Positions 52,688 to 64,000 of a stretch of DNA of 64,000 nt are shown piece by piece. The stretch spans positions 11,718,001 through 11,782,000 of the forward strand of contig OX597841.1 in NCBI GenBank assembly GCA_951406725.2, read 5' to 3'. The notes below the pieces were generated by a model that saw nothing but the letters and a program-made list of their open reading frames with translations, was not told where the DNA came from and searched no databases. A program made the translations under genes and the position numbers. The stretch's first letter is position 1. Each line of letters begins with the position of its first letter. The DNA is from Octopus vulgaris. Taxonomy: Eukaryota.

Positions 52688-53959
52688 TTGGATTGGCAAC
52701 TAAGTTCCTGGCGTTTTTTTTTTAATTTTAATTTTTTAAAAAGTTAAATTAAAAATAACAACTAATTAATCAATAATGCATTCACCCTTGTTGTTTACAA
52801 ATTCTTCCCAATGTTCAACAAGATTTTCAATACTTCTTTGGTAGAAATCAACCTGATTTCGACTCGAAAAATTGATCCAACCAAGCTCTCAACTCTGCAT
52901 CAGTATTGAACGAAACTCCATGCATAGCATTTGAAAGAGATCAAAAGAGGTGGAAATCCGTTGGTGCCAAATTAGGAGAGTATGGCGGGTATAGCAACAC
53001 TTCCCAGCCATGCGTTTTGAATGGCTTCCTTGGTCATATTGGCGATATGAGGGCAGGCGTTATCGTGCAGCAGAAGGACTCCATGATGTGGATTAAGTCT
53101 TTTCTCATGAATAGCTGTGTTGAGTTGTTCCATCTGTTGAACACAGAGTTCCACATTGACTGTTTGGTTCCATTCAAGCAATTCGTAATGGATAATCCCT
53201 TCCCAGTCCCACCATACGCACAACATCGTTTTACACAGATGAAGACCTTGTTTCATGCTGGGTGTCGCTTGTTTACCAGGGCTAAGCCATTCCTTACGCT
53301 GCTTCATATTGATGTACAGGCACTATTTTTCATTACCAGTAATGATTCGGTAAAGAAATCGTTGCTTGTGTCCATGAGTTGAGCGGTGATGAGCAAGCAA
53401 ACCAACGGAGATTGTGGCTCATTGATTTTTGCTGTTGTCACTTAAAGCATGCAGAACCCATGCTCCATACTTCTGAACCTTTCCCATCAAGTGAGATGCT
53501 TCTCTATAGCAGTGTGGGAGCATTCCATTTTCTCTGCCAGTTCCCTTGTCGTTTGACGAGAATTTTCATGCAAAAGTGACTCACTCGCTCTTCATTGAAC
53601 TCAACTAGACGGCCAAAATGAGGTGTGTCTTTGAGGTCGAAATTTCCATTTTGGAACTTTGCATACCAATCACGAGTGGTTCCTTCAGCTATGGCACCCT
53701 CTCCATACACAGCACAAATGTCACGAACAGCTTTTGTGGCCTTAGAACCTTGATTAAAAGCAAAAAGGAGGTGTCAAAAATACTCATTTTTCTTAACTTG
53801 ACGTTCCATTTTAATGATCGGAAAATAAACAAAAATTAAGAAAAAAAAATAGATTCCAAAATGATTCAAAAATAGAATTCTTGAAAAAAAATAGATTCCA
53901 AAGATTAAAAACACAATAAATTCCAAAATTAAAAAAATAACGATGGAAACTTTGCCAAC

Positions 53960-53963
<4 letters not shown>
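52688..53963 (-). mobile_element. Degenerate full-length mariner (Tc1/mariner) transposon
   Basis: Start ~53809 [11 protein letters not shown]; YGEGAIAE...W..KF.NG.FDL.D; MLCVWWD..GIIHYELL; LLHDNA.PH; PYSPNLAPTDFHLF; degenerate TIRs in TA context; several frameshifts and stops. Confidence 0.92.
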
Positions 53964-54055
<92 letters not shown>

Positions 54056-54067
54056 TATACACATATA

Positions 54068-54098
<31 letters not shown>

Positions 54099-54146
54099 AC
54101 ATACATATATATACACACACACACATATATATACATACATATACAT

Positions 54147-54179
<33 letters not shown>

Positions 54180-54206
54180 CACATATACATATAACATATA
54201 TATATG

Positions 54207-54242
<36 letters not shown>

Positions 54243-54260
54243 ATTATATACATACATATA

Positions 54261-54301
<41 letters not shown>

Positions 54302-55245
54302 GTATATCACGTGATCACATCACCAACCAGACCATCAGATGTTGTTACACATCGCTGGTCACAATGCATTCGCATTGTTTTAGCCTTCGAATGATGCCAC
54401 CCAGCTGGCTAAGCGAGCAGGCCAATAATGTATATTGTATAGAGGTTGAAAGAATGGGACCTCTCAGTGAAAGTTTGATACACACACATACACACCCTTC
54501 ATGGCCCTTTAGCATTTGGGTACCTAATTGCGCCATAGTAAAACCCTTTACATTCTACCTTTTTAACTTCTCTCCTTTTTATTTATTATTTTTTAAATTC
54601 ACCTTTTCTCGTTTTTTTCTTTATTCCCTTTTTTTCTTTTATCTTTCTCTTTTCCTTTTATTTTGTACCTTATTTGAATCAAAAGACAAACTTTTTATAA
54701 ATGATTTTATAATAAGAGATTTCATGTCAAATTATTTTATTTTACTTTATTTCATTTTAGTTTTTCATTTTGCAGAATTTATTCTCTGGCTTTAAGTCTC
54801 TCTCTAACTATACTCTTTACTCTTTTACCGGTTTCAGTCATTTGACTGCGGCCATGCTGGAGCACCGCCTTTAATCGACCAACTCGACTCCTGGGACTTT
54901 TTCTTTTGTAAGCCCAGTACTTATTCTATCAGTCTCTTTTGCCGAACCGCTAAGTAACGGGGGACATAAACACACCAGCATTGGTTGTCAAGCAATGCTA
55001 GGGGGGCAAACACAGACACACAAACATATACACACATACATATATACGACGGGCTTCTTTCAGTTTCTGTTTACCAAATCCACTCACAAGGCTTTGGTCG
55101 GCGCAAGGCTATAGTGGAAGACACTTGCTCAAGGTGCCACGCAGTGGGACTGAACCCGGAACCATGTGGTTGGTAAACAAGCTACTTACCACACAGCCAC
55201 TCTTGGTGACTTTGTTGAAGAATGTAGTGTGTTGGACAAGATTGA

Positions 55246-55293
<48 letters not shown>

Positions 55294-55762
55294 AACATAA
55301 TTAAAGTCAAAAAAGGGCTAAAAATTGGATATTAATTTAATAACATCAATTTAAACAGCAGTGGTCTAGCGCATAAAAGACTGAGATTCAGTAAATATTA
55401 TTAATATACAACTATGAGAGAGAATCCACTATGTGGACGCTCTTACACTAGATATAGATCCGCATATATATATATATTTAGTTTTCTGTATATGTATATA
55501 TATATGCGTGTGTGTGTGTGTGAGTGTGTGTGTGAGGAAAAGATGTTTTGTGTTGTGTTGCGTTGAATCTTGAAATAAGAATAAGAAAGAAAGAAAGAAA
55601 GAAGGTAAAGAGGAGGGTTACATTGTATTATTTCTCTTTGAAGTTGTTTTAAAACTGTTGAAACATTAAATAAAGATGGATGAAACAAGAACGCTATTTC
55701 AATTATTATTATTATTATCATTATTATTATCATTATTGTTATTATTATTATTATTATTATTA

Positions 55763-55820
<58 letters not shown>

Positions 55821-56080
55821 GGGTGGCGAGCTAGCAGAAATGTTAGCACGTCGGGCGAAATGCGTAGCCGTATTTCGTCTGCCGTTATGTTCTGAGTTCA
55901 AATTCCGCCGAGGTCGACTTTGCCTTTCATCCTTTTGGGGTCGATAAATAAAGTACCAGTTACGCACTTGGATCGATGTAATCGACTTAATCCCTTTGTC
56001 TGTCTTTGTTTGTCCCCTCTATGTTTAGCCCCTAGTGGGCAATAAAGAAATAAAGAAATATATTATTATTATTATTATTA

Positions 56081-56121
<41 letters not shown>

Positions 56122-56648
56122 TTCCTCATCATTTGAAATTCTACTGATCAAGGTTGACTTTAATTTTCATCTTTTCTGAGTTGATAAGACAAGCAGCGGT
56201 GAGTGGTGTGAGGGAGGGGGGATGGTCTTTCCAATCAACTTAATACCACGCCCCAACGGCCACGATCGGATGGTGCCTCCTACGTGCCACTGGCACGGAG
56301 GCCAGTCGGAGCGACGTTGGCAACGGCCCCATTCCTATTTCTTTACTACCCACAAGGGGCTAAACACAGAGGAGACAAACAAGGACAGACAAACGGATTC
56401 AGTCGATTTCATGGACCCCAGTGCGTAACTGGTACCCATTCCGAAGGTGCTCTTATGTGCCCCCGGCACTGGTATTACAGTTACAATTTCCATTGATGTT
56501 GATAGATTTCGATTTTGATTTTGATTCTCATTAGAAGAAAGCCAAAGGAAGATGGTCATTGGAGGAAAGCCCTTCAACAGAGGAGAGAGAAAAAAACTTA
56601 GCTTGCTCTTCCTTTGGAAAGGATGTAAAGTTAAATTAAGTTTATTTT

Positions 56649-57680
56649 TTGGCTCAAAAAGCAAAAATCAAGGCCATGTAGGGGGCCATGGAGTTATGTA
56701 CAAGGAGGGTGTTCATGCAAAGAGTTCAGGCCATTTCTGGTCAAGGGAGACTTTGAACCGAGCGGTCGTCGGCATCTTCACTATCTCGTCCGGCAGCTTA
56801 TTCCACAGATCCGCAACCTGGACGGAGAAAGCCCCTCTCCTTCAATTGAGATGAAAGTTACATGAGTATACGATGAGGAAGCTGTGATGAATCATGAATA
56901 TCACTCTCTTTGGCTCAAAAAGCAAAAAGCAAGGCCATGTAGGGGGACATGGAGTTATGTACAAGGAGGGTGTTCATGCAAAGAGTTCAGGCCATTTCTG
57001 GTCAAGGGAGACTTTGAACCGAGCGGTCGTCGGCATCTTCACTATCTCGTCCGGCAGCTTATTCCACGGATCTGTAACCCGGACGGAGAAAGCCCCTCTC
57101 CTTCAATTGAGATGAAAGTTACATGAGTATACAATGAGGGAGCTGTGATGAATCATGAATATCACTCTCTTTGGCTCAAAAAGCAAAAAGCAAGGCCATG
57201 TAGGGGGACATGGAGTTATGTACAAGGAGGGTGTTCATGCAAAGAGTTCAGGCCATTTCTGGCCAAGAGAGACTTTGAACCGAGCGGTCGTCGGCATCTT
57301 CACTATTTCGTCCGGCAGCTTATTCCACGGATCCGCAACCTGGATGGAGAAAGCCCCTCTCCTTCGATTGAGATGAAATTGTCGCAGATAGAGCTTTTCG
57401 GAGTGACCCCGCAGCCAACTCTCTATGTGTGTGTGTATATATAGTTACGATGAGGAAGCTGTGATGAATCATGAATATCACTCTCTTTGGCTCAAAAAGC
57501 AAAAGCAAGGTCATGTAGGGGGCCATGGAGTTATGTACAAGGAGGGTGTTCATGCAAAGAGTTCAGGCCATTTCTGGTCAAGAGAGACTTTGAACCGAGC
57601 GGTCGTCAGCATCTTCACTATTTCGTCCGGCAGCTTATTCCACGGATCCGCAACCCGGACGGAGAAAGCCCCTCTCCTTC
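56649..57680 (-). mobile_element. Four tandem copies (261, 261, 316 bp spacing) of a CR1-group LINE 3' end
   Basis: ggctcaaaaagc at 56651, 56912, 57173, 57489; minus translation RRGAFSVRVADPWNKLPDEIVK..T.ARFKVSLDQKW. Confidence 0.85.
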
Positions 57681-59065
57681 GAAGAAAACCAAGTTGACAA
57701 TGGTATGATTCCGCTAAATATTGACAGGTTCTGAAGGCATCACACATCCAAGCGAAAAAATTCCTTAAAACGGTTATGGAGGTTGTCTTTATAACCCAAG
57801 GCAGTCCGGTTCAGTAGAAGTGAGATTGTTCACAGAAGCCTCGGCACAGAAACATCCATTGGTTTAGCACACACTGGTGGACCGACTTTCCCTCTCGTGG
57901 TCTGGCCAACATGTAGCAAAAAGAAAGTTGCCTCAAGTAAAAAAAGAAAAAAAATAGAAAAGGGGGCAGCTTAGGAAAACTGGTGCTGATTTCACCGATA
58001 GCAAACCATTGAGCCAATCAGATGTCAACGGTTGTTCTCTTTACTCTTTTACTTGTTTCAGTCGTTTGACTGTGGCCATGCTGGAGCACCGCCTTTTAGT
58101 CGAGCAACTCGACCCCGGGACTTATTCTTTTGTAAGCCCAGTACTTATTCTATCAGTCTCTTTTACTTGTTTCAGTCATTTGACTGTGGCCATGCTGGAG
58201 CATTGCCTTTAGTCAAGCAACTCGACCCTGGGACTTATTCTTTTGTAAGCCCAGTACTTATTCTATTGCTCTCTTTTGCCGAACCACTAGGTGACGGGGA
58301 CATAAACACACCGGCATCGGTTGTCAAGCAATGCTAGGGGGACAAACACAGACACACACACATACACATATATATATATATACATATATATACATATATA
58401 CGACAGGCTTCTTTCAGTTTCCGTCTACCAAATCCACTCACAAGGCATTGGTCGACCCAGGCCTATAGCAGAAGACACTTGCCCAAGATGCCATGCAGTG
58501 GGACTGAACCCGGAACCATGTGGTTGGTTAGCAAGCTACTTACCACACAGCCACTCCTAAACTTGCAATAAAATGTCTTGCAGACATTGCAGGAAAGGTG
58601 GAGACACATGGCCTAGTGGTTAGAGCAGCTGACTCGCAGTCGAGGGATATGTCTGATGTATGGGTTTAGCCATGGAGCAACCACAGTAGGTCATCCTGAT
58701 CATACCTATGTAGAATATTTATTAGGTCAGGGATAAGGAACAGCTTAAGACGTCCACAGTTCAAACTGGTTGATTACACAAACCTTAAATTTATGATGGG
58801 CTCAGCCTATTTATAAAGGTCCTGTAGACAGGGATCCAGTTATTGGGGGCTGGATGTTAACTTACTAACACAAAAACTATAGACTTAGTTAAGTGAATTA
58901 GTTTAGCTGCAGTTGATGGGGTGCCCTGAAAAAGGGATTTGGAATAGAATCAGTAGTTTTTAGGGAAGAGCTAGCAATAGAAGAAACTAGATTAGGGGTT
59001 CAACTAGATTAGGGGGAGAACAAGTTAGCAATCTACAAGGCATCGATATTTCTTTCATTCAACAG

Positions 59066-59132
59066 GGAGAAATTAAAAATCTTGGATGCAAGAAGCAGCT
59101 GGCCTTTCTGATATTGAGATCATCAACATCAT

Positions 59133-59174
<42 letters not shown>

Positions 59175-59182
59175 ACGGCCAG
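59066..59182 (+). CDS. Candidate in-frame exon of coiled-coil gene
   Basis: ttcaacag|GEIKNLGCKKQLAFLILRSSTSSSSSAAAAAAAAAANGQ|gtttcc; 117 nt, phase 0/0; weak donor. Confidence 0.45.
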
Positions 59183-60062
59183 GTTTCCTGTGTCCCTAAT
59201 TTCAGTGGATTTGGTAGACGAAAACTGAAAGAAGCCCGTCGTATATATGTATATATATATATTCGTGTGTGTGTTTATGTGTCTGTGTTTGTCCCCCTAG
59301 TATTGCTTGACAACTGATGCTGGTGTGTTTACGTTCCCGTAACTTAGCAGTTCGGCAAAAGAGACCAATAGAATAAGTACTAGGCTTACAAAGAATAAGT
59401 CCTGGGGTTGATTCGTTCGACTGAAGGCGGTGCTCCAGCATGGCCACAGTCACATGACTGAAACAAGTAAAAGATTAAAGAGAATCCATGAATTGAATTG
59501 GTAGAGAGTAAAGAAAAGCAGTATTTAGAATTTGTCATTAGTTAATGGTGGGAGGCAGAGGGCCTTGGTGTGGCATTGCATGATGCTGCAGTGTTGAAGC
59601 TGTTACTAGAAGAAGGAAGAGAAGGAATTTACTTTGAGATGCTCTGAGTTTGTTTCAATTGATTTTGCTTGCGAAGACCTATTGAGGCAAGTGAAATCAA
59701 ATCAAAATCAAAGTCGTTGACTGGCATCCGTGCTAGCGGGGTGCAAAGAGCACCATACGAGTGTGATCGTTGACAGAGCAGCTATTCAAGTATGATCGTT
59801 ACTAGCGTCGCCTTACTGGCACTTGTGCCTGTGCTAGTAGGGTGCCAAGAGCACCATTCGAGTGTGATCGTTGCCAGAGCAGCCAACTGGCTTCTGTGCC
59901 AGTGGCACTTAAAGGGCACCATTCAAGTATGATCGTTACCAGCGTCGCCTTACTGGCACTTGTGGCTGTGCTAGTAGGGTGCCAAGAGCACCATTCGAGT
60001 GTGATTGTTGCCAGAGCGGCCAACTGGCTTCCGTACCCGTGGCACATAAAAGGGCACCATTC

Positions 60063-60455
60063 AAGCGGACATTATTGTGGTGAATAAAAAAGAAAGAACA
60101 TGTATGATAATCGACATAGCATGCCCCAGCGACAACAGGGTCGATGTGAAAGAAGAAGATCTGATCTGGCGATTTAAAGCGAGAAATACGAAGGGTGTGG
60201 TCAAAGAAGGGAGTAGACGTGATAGCAATAGGAATTGGTGCCCTCCGAAGTATCAGCACTCAACTACTGGCATGGGGCTGAAAAGGATCAGTGCAAGTGT
60301 GAAGGTTCTTACAAAAATCAGCATTGCTTGGAACTGCAAGAATTCTTCACAGGGTTCTTGAAGCATAACCAGGAAACAGGTGTCCCCTTAGTCTGCTGGC
60401 TGTGGGCAGCTGAGCCTTTCTATCATACCCAGCAAAATAAGCTGTGAGTTTTCAT
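60063..60455 (+). mobile_element. Dong/R4-like RLE remnant
   Basis: DIIVVNKKERTCMIIDIACPSDNRV...QKSALLGTARIL. Confidence 0.75.
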
Positions 60456-60459
60456 TTAG

Positions 60460-60900
60460 CAATAAACTTAGATAAACTTAGATATGTTTCGACCAAAGAT
60501 TGGTCCAGGCCATGTCTAACTTAATAGCACCACCTGATAGGATTATTTGAATCCTGTTTAAGTCAAATTTTGTTTATTGTCCATTCAAGTAGTGAGTTTT
60601 TGTTGGGTGAGTTGTATCCAATTATGGGTGGGTTATCTGGTATTCCTTGAAGGAATCTATCCAGACTCCGTTTAAAGTTGATGGGATCCTCTTCCTCTTT
60701 GATCTCTTTCGGGACAATGTTAAATAGGGCAGGGCCTATTGAGGAAAAGAAATTATGTTGTAGTGTACATGTATGCTGTGATCTTGAATTGGGCAGGGGA
60801 CATATGGCCCATGGTCCCAGTCTTGGACGAACCTTGAAGCTAATGTCCAGGTCGTTTGGGCAAAGTTGGCGGTATATTCTCCACATCGTACAAATGATGT
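60460..60900 (-). mobile_element. CR1/L2-group LINE 3' end
   Basis: NFFSSIGPALFNIVPKEIK...FKRSLDRFLQGIPDNP..GY; short tandem tail. Confidence 0.75.
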
Positions 60901-61141
60901 AAAAAGAATTATTATCATCTCAAATTTTTGCTATAATGGCAGCTTGTGGGGGAGGTGGGGGATGAGTCAATTATATTGATCCCAGTGTTTCACTGGTAAT
61001 TAATTTATTAACCCTTAAAAAAATGAAGGGCAAAGTCGACCTTGGTGGGATTTGAACTCAGAATGTAGCAACGGGCAAAATACTGTTAAGCATCGCATCC
61101 ATTGTGTTAACAATTCTGTCAGCCCACTGCCTTCCTGCTCT

Positions 61142-61142
<1 letters not shown>

Positions 61143-61175
<33 letters not shown>

Positions 61176-61257
61176 AATAATGATAATAATAATAATAACA
61201 ATAATAATGATAATGATAATAACAATAATAATGATAATGATAATAATAATAATAATG

Positions 61258-61330
<73 letters not shown>

Positions 61331-61566
61331 TAATAATGATAATAATGATAATATGCTTTCTAATAATAATAATGATAATAATAATAATAATAATAATGAT
61401 AATAATGATAATAATGATAATATGCTTTCTAATAATAATAATGATAATAATAATAATAATAATAATGATAATAATGATAATAATAATAATAATGATAATG
61501 ATAATAATAATAATAATAGCAATAATAATAATGATGATAATAGTAATAATAATAATAATAATGATG

Positions 61567-61615
<49 letters not shown>

Positions 61616-61647
61616 TGATAATAGTAATAATAATAATAATAATGATG

Positions 61648-61681
<34 letters not shown>

Positions 61682-61683
61682 TG

Positions 61684-61730
<47 letters not shown>
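61143..61730. repeat. (AAT/GAT)n microsatellite
   Basis: Seen directly in the sequence. Confidence 0.95.
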
Positions 61731-61731
<1 letters not shown>

Positions 61732-62102
61732 CTTTCTAATTGATGTATCAAAACCAGCAGATGACAACGTGTCTCTAAAAGAAATGGAGAAACTTTCAAA
61801 ATACAAAGACCTGGAAATAGAGGTAACCAGAATGTGGAATCTAAAAGCAGAAACAATTCCTATCATAGTAGGTGCATTAGGCATGATAAAAAAATATTCA
61901 GACAAATACATAACAAAAACACCAGGACTTACAAACACATATAACATACAGAAAATTGCACTACTAGGCACTGCAAACATCCTACGCAGAACACTTTCCA
62001 TACAGTAACCATCAGAGCATCACAGCAAACCACAGCACATACCCAAGGCACACAGAGCTGCGCTCGGTAGTGAAGTGAAAGCACGCTATAAAAATGAAAC
62101 TA

Positions 62103-62106
<4 letters not shown>
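61731..62106 (+). mobile_element. Dong/R4-like element 3' end in (TAA)n
   Basis: FLIDVSKPADDNVSLKEMEKLSKYKDLEIEVTRMW...PIIVGALG...QKIALLGTANILRRTL*; (TAA)n on both sides. Confidence 0.9.
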
Positions 62107-62151
<45 letters not shown>

Positions 62152-62196
62152 GTAATAATAATAGTAATAATGATAATAATAATGATAATAATAATA

Positions 62197-63040
62197 AGCA
62201 GAGAGTGAAGGTTTCATATTAGCTGCTCAAGACCAAAGCTTATTAACCTGGAACTACCATGCCAATGTGATAAAAAATGGAGCTGACCCAAAATGCCGAT
62301 TCTGTAACAATGAGATCGAAACAATAGACCACGTAATCTCAGAGTGTAGAATCTTAGCACCTGTAGAATATAAAGCAAGACATGACAGAGTCGGCCAGTA
62401 TTTAGACTGGACAATATGTTTGGCATTATAAAATCAAAACTGCTGACAAATGGTATAAATACCATCCTGAAGCTGTGACTGAGGGAGAAAATGTGTCGAT
62501 TCTATGGGACTTCCCTGTACAGGCCGACAAGACTATAAAAGCTAATAAACTGGATAATATTATAAAAGATCAGACAAAATAGATGTGTTTATTAATTGAC
62601 ATGAGTATTCCTTGTGATCACAATATAGTGGCGAAAGAATTTGACAAGATTATTAAATATAAAGACCTGCTAATAGAAATTGAAAAAATGTGGCATCTCA
62701 AGGCGACTACAGTACCAGTGAATGTAGGATCTCTAGGAATGATAAAAAAAAAGGTACTGAAACCTATTTGAAAATGATACCAGGTTTACCATCCCCACAG
62801 GAAGTGCAAAAAATTGTATTAACTGGAACGGCTCATGTACCGAGAAGAGTATTATCACTGTGAAAACAACATCCATCCATGAATTTATTTATTTATTAAT
62901 TTTTAGATACATATTTTATCTGTGAATTTGCGTGTGTAATCTGGGGATGCATACAATGAGCTTTTCTGCCCTAGGTGTATGGAAAACACTCGGCAGGAAA
63001 CGGAAGAAAATTTGAAGAAAGAAGGAAGAAAAAAATAGTA
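62197..63040 (+). mobile_element. Second Dong/R4-like element 3' end (CCHC plus RLE)
   Basis: EGFILAAQDQ...KCRFCNNEIETIDHVISEC...RHD...ILWDF...IDMSIP...KIIKYKDL. Confidence 0.9.
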
Positions 63041-63211
63041 ATGATAATAATAGGAGTGGCTGTGTGGTAAGTAGCTTGCTAACCAACCACATGGTTCCGG
63101 GTTCAGTCCCACTGCGTGGCACCTTGGTCAGTTATCTTCTACTATAGCCTCGGGCCGACCAAAGCCTTGTGAGTGGATTTGGTAGACGGAAACTGAAAGA
63201 AGCCCGTCGTA

Positions 63212-63304
<93 letters not shown>

Positions 63305-63728
63305 GTTTGTGTGTCTGTGTTTGTCCCTCCAACATCGCTAGGCAACCGATGGTGGTGTGTTTACGTCCCTGTCACTTAGCGGTTTGGCAAAAAATAAGGC
63401 GGCGAGCTGGCAGAAACGTAAGCACGCTGGGCGAAAAGCTTTGCGGTATTTCGTCTGCCATTACGTTGTGAGTTCAAATTCCGCCGAGGTCAACTTTGCC
63501 TTTCATCCTTTTGGGATCGATAAATTAAGCACCAGTTACGCTCTGGGGTCGATGTAATCGACTTAATACCTATGTCTGTCCTTGTTTGTCCCCTCTATGT
63601 TTAGCTCCTTGTGGGTAATAAAGAAATAGGTTCGGCAAAAAAGACCGATAGAGTAAGTACTAGGCTTACAAAGAATGAGTCCTGGGGTCGATTTGCTCGA
63701 CTAAAGGTAAAAGAGTAAAGAGAGAATG

Positions 63729-63765
<37 letters not shown>

Positions 63766-63837
63766 TTTCTCCTGTTTGGCTATTTTTATTTTCCGAGGGA
63801 TAAACGTAATATTTGTTTGAAATCTTTAATTTTCCAG

Positions 63838-64000
63838 GAAAGTGAGGACATGACGAATGAGAGGAACAACATTCTCCGAGAATCCGAAACTCTCATGAAA
63901 GACTTCCAAAGAATATCAGAAGGAAATCTTACGTCCAGCACTGAGACAGACATCAGAGGTGATGCTGTGGCGAGCATACCTCACATACAGGAAGGATTCT
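63838..64000 (+). CDS. Coiled-coil gene exon (runs off window)
   Basis: tttccag|ESEDMTNERNNILRESETLMKDFQRISEGNLTSST...; phase 0. Confidence 0.8.

Overview
AT-rich eukaryotic DNA dense in microsatellites and SINEs. The repeat families look like those of an octopod cephalopod (inference). Two host genes lie on the + strand. The first is the last coding exon of ALG2 (211-716). The second is a ~21-exon coiled-coil gene (9182 to >64000, ~850 aa so far, possibly FAM186-like), assembled by hand from GT-AG exons with consistent phases. The rest is transposon debris: tRNA-derived SINEs, RTE, CR1-group and Dong/R4 LINE fragments, a mariner relic, hAT and piggyBac MITEs, and two Penelope-like (GIY-YIG) elements. 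One Penelope copy is very young and carries ~660-bp inverted pseudo-LTRs. The main hidden signal is a dense set of hammerhead-ribozyme (HHR) motifs: about 14 complete and several half motifs, mostly in short elements sitting in (TA)n tracts. They include canonical cores, U3:A8 and G3:C8 compensatory variants, and U4C and A9C variants. Most notably, at 1588-1649, just downstream of ALG2, a hammerhead has its three strands in reversed, non-circular order (C-B-A), a pseudoknotted topology that is not type I, II or III. All RNA folds were read by eye, and catalytic activity is untested.
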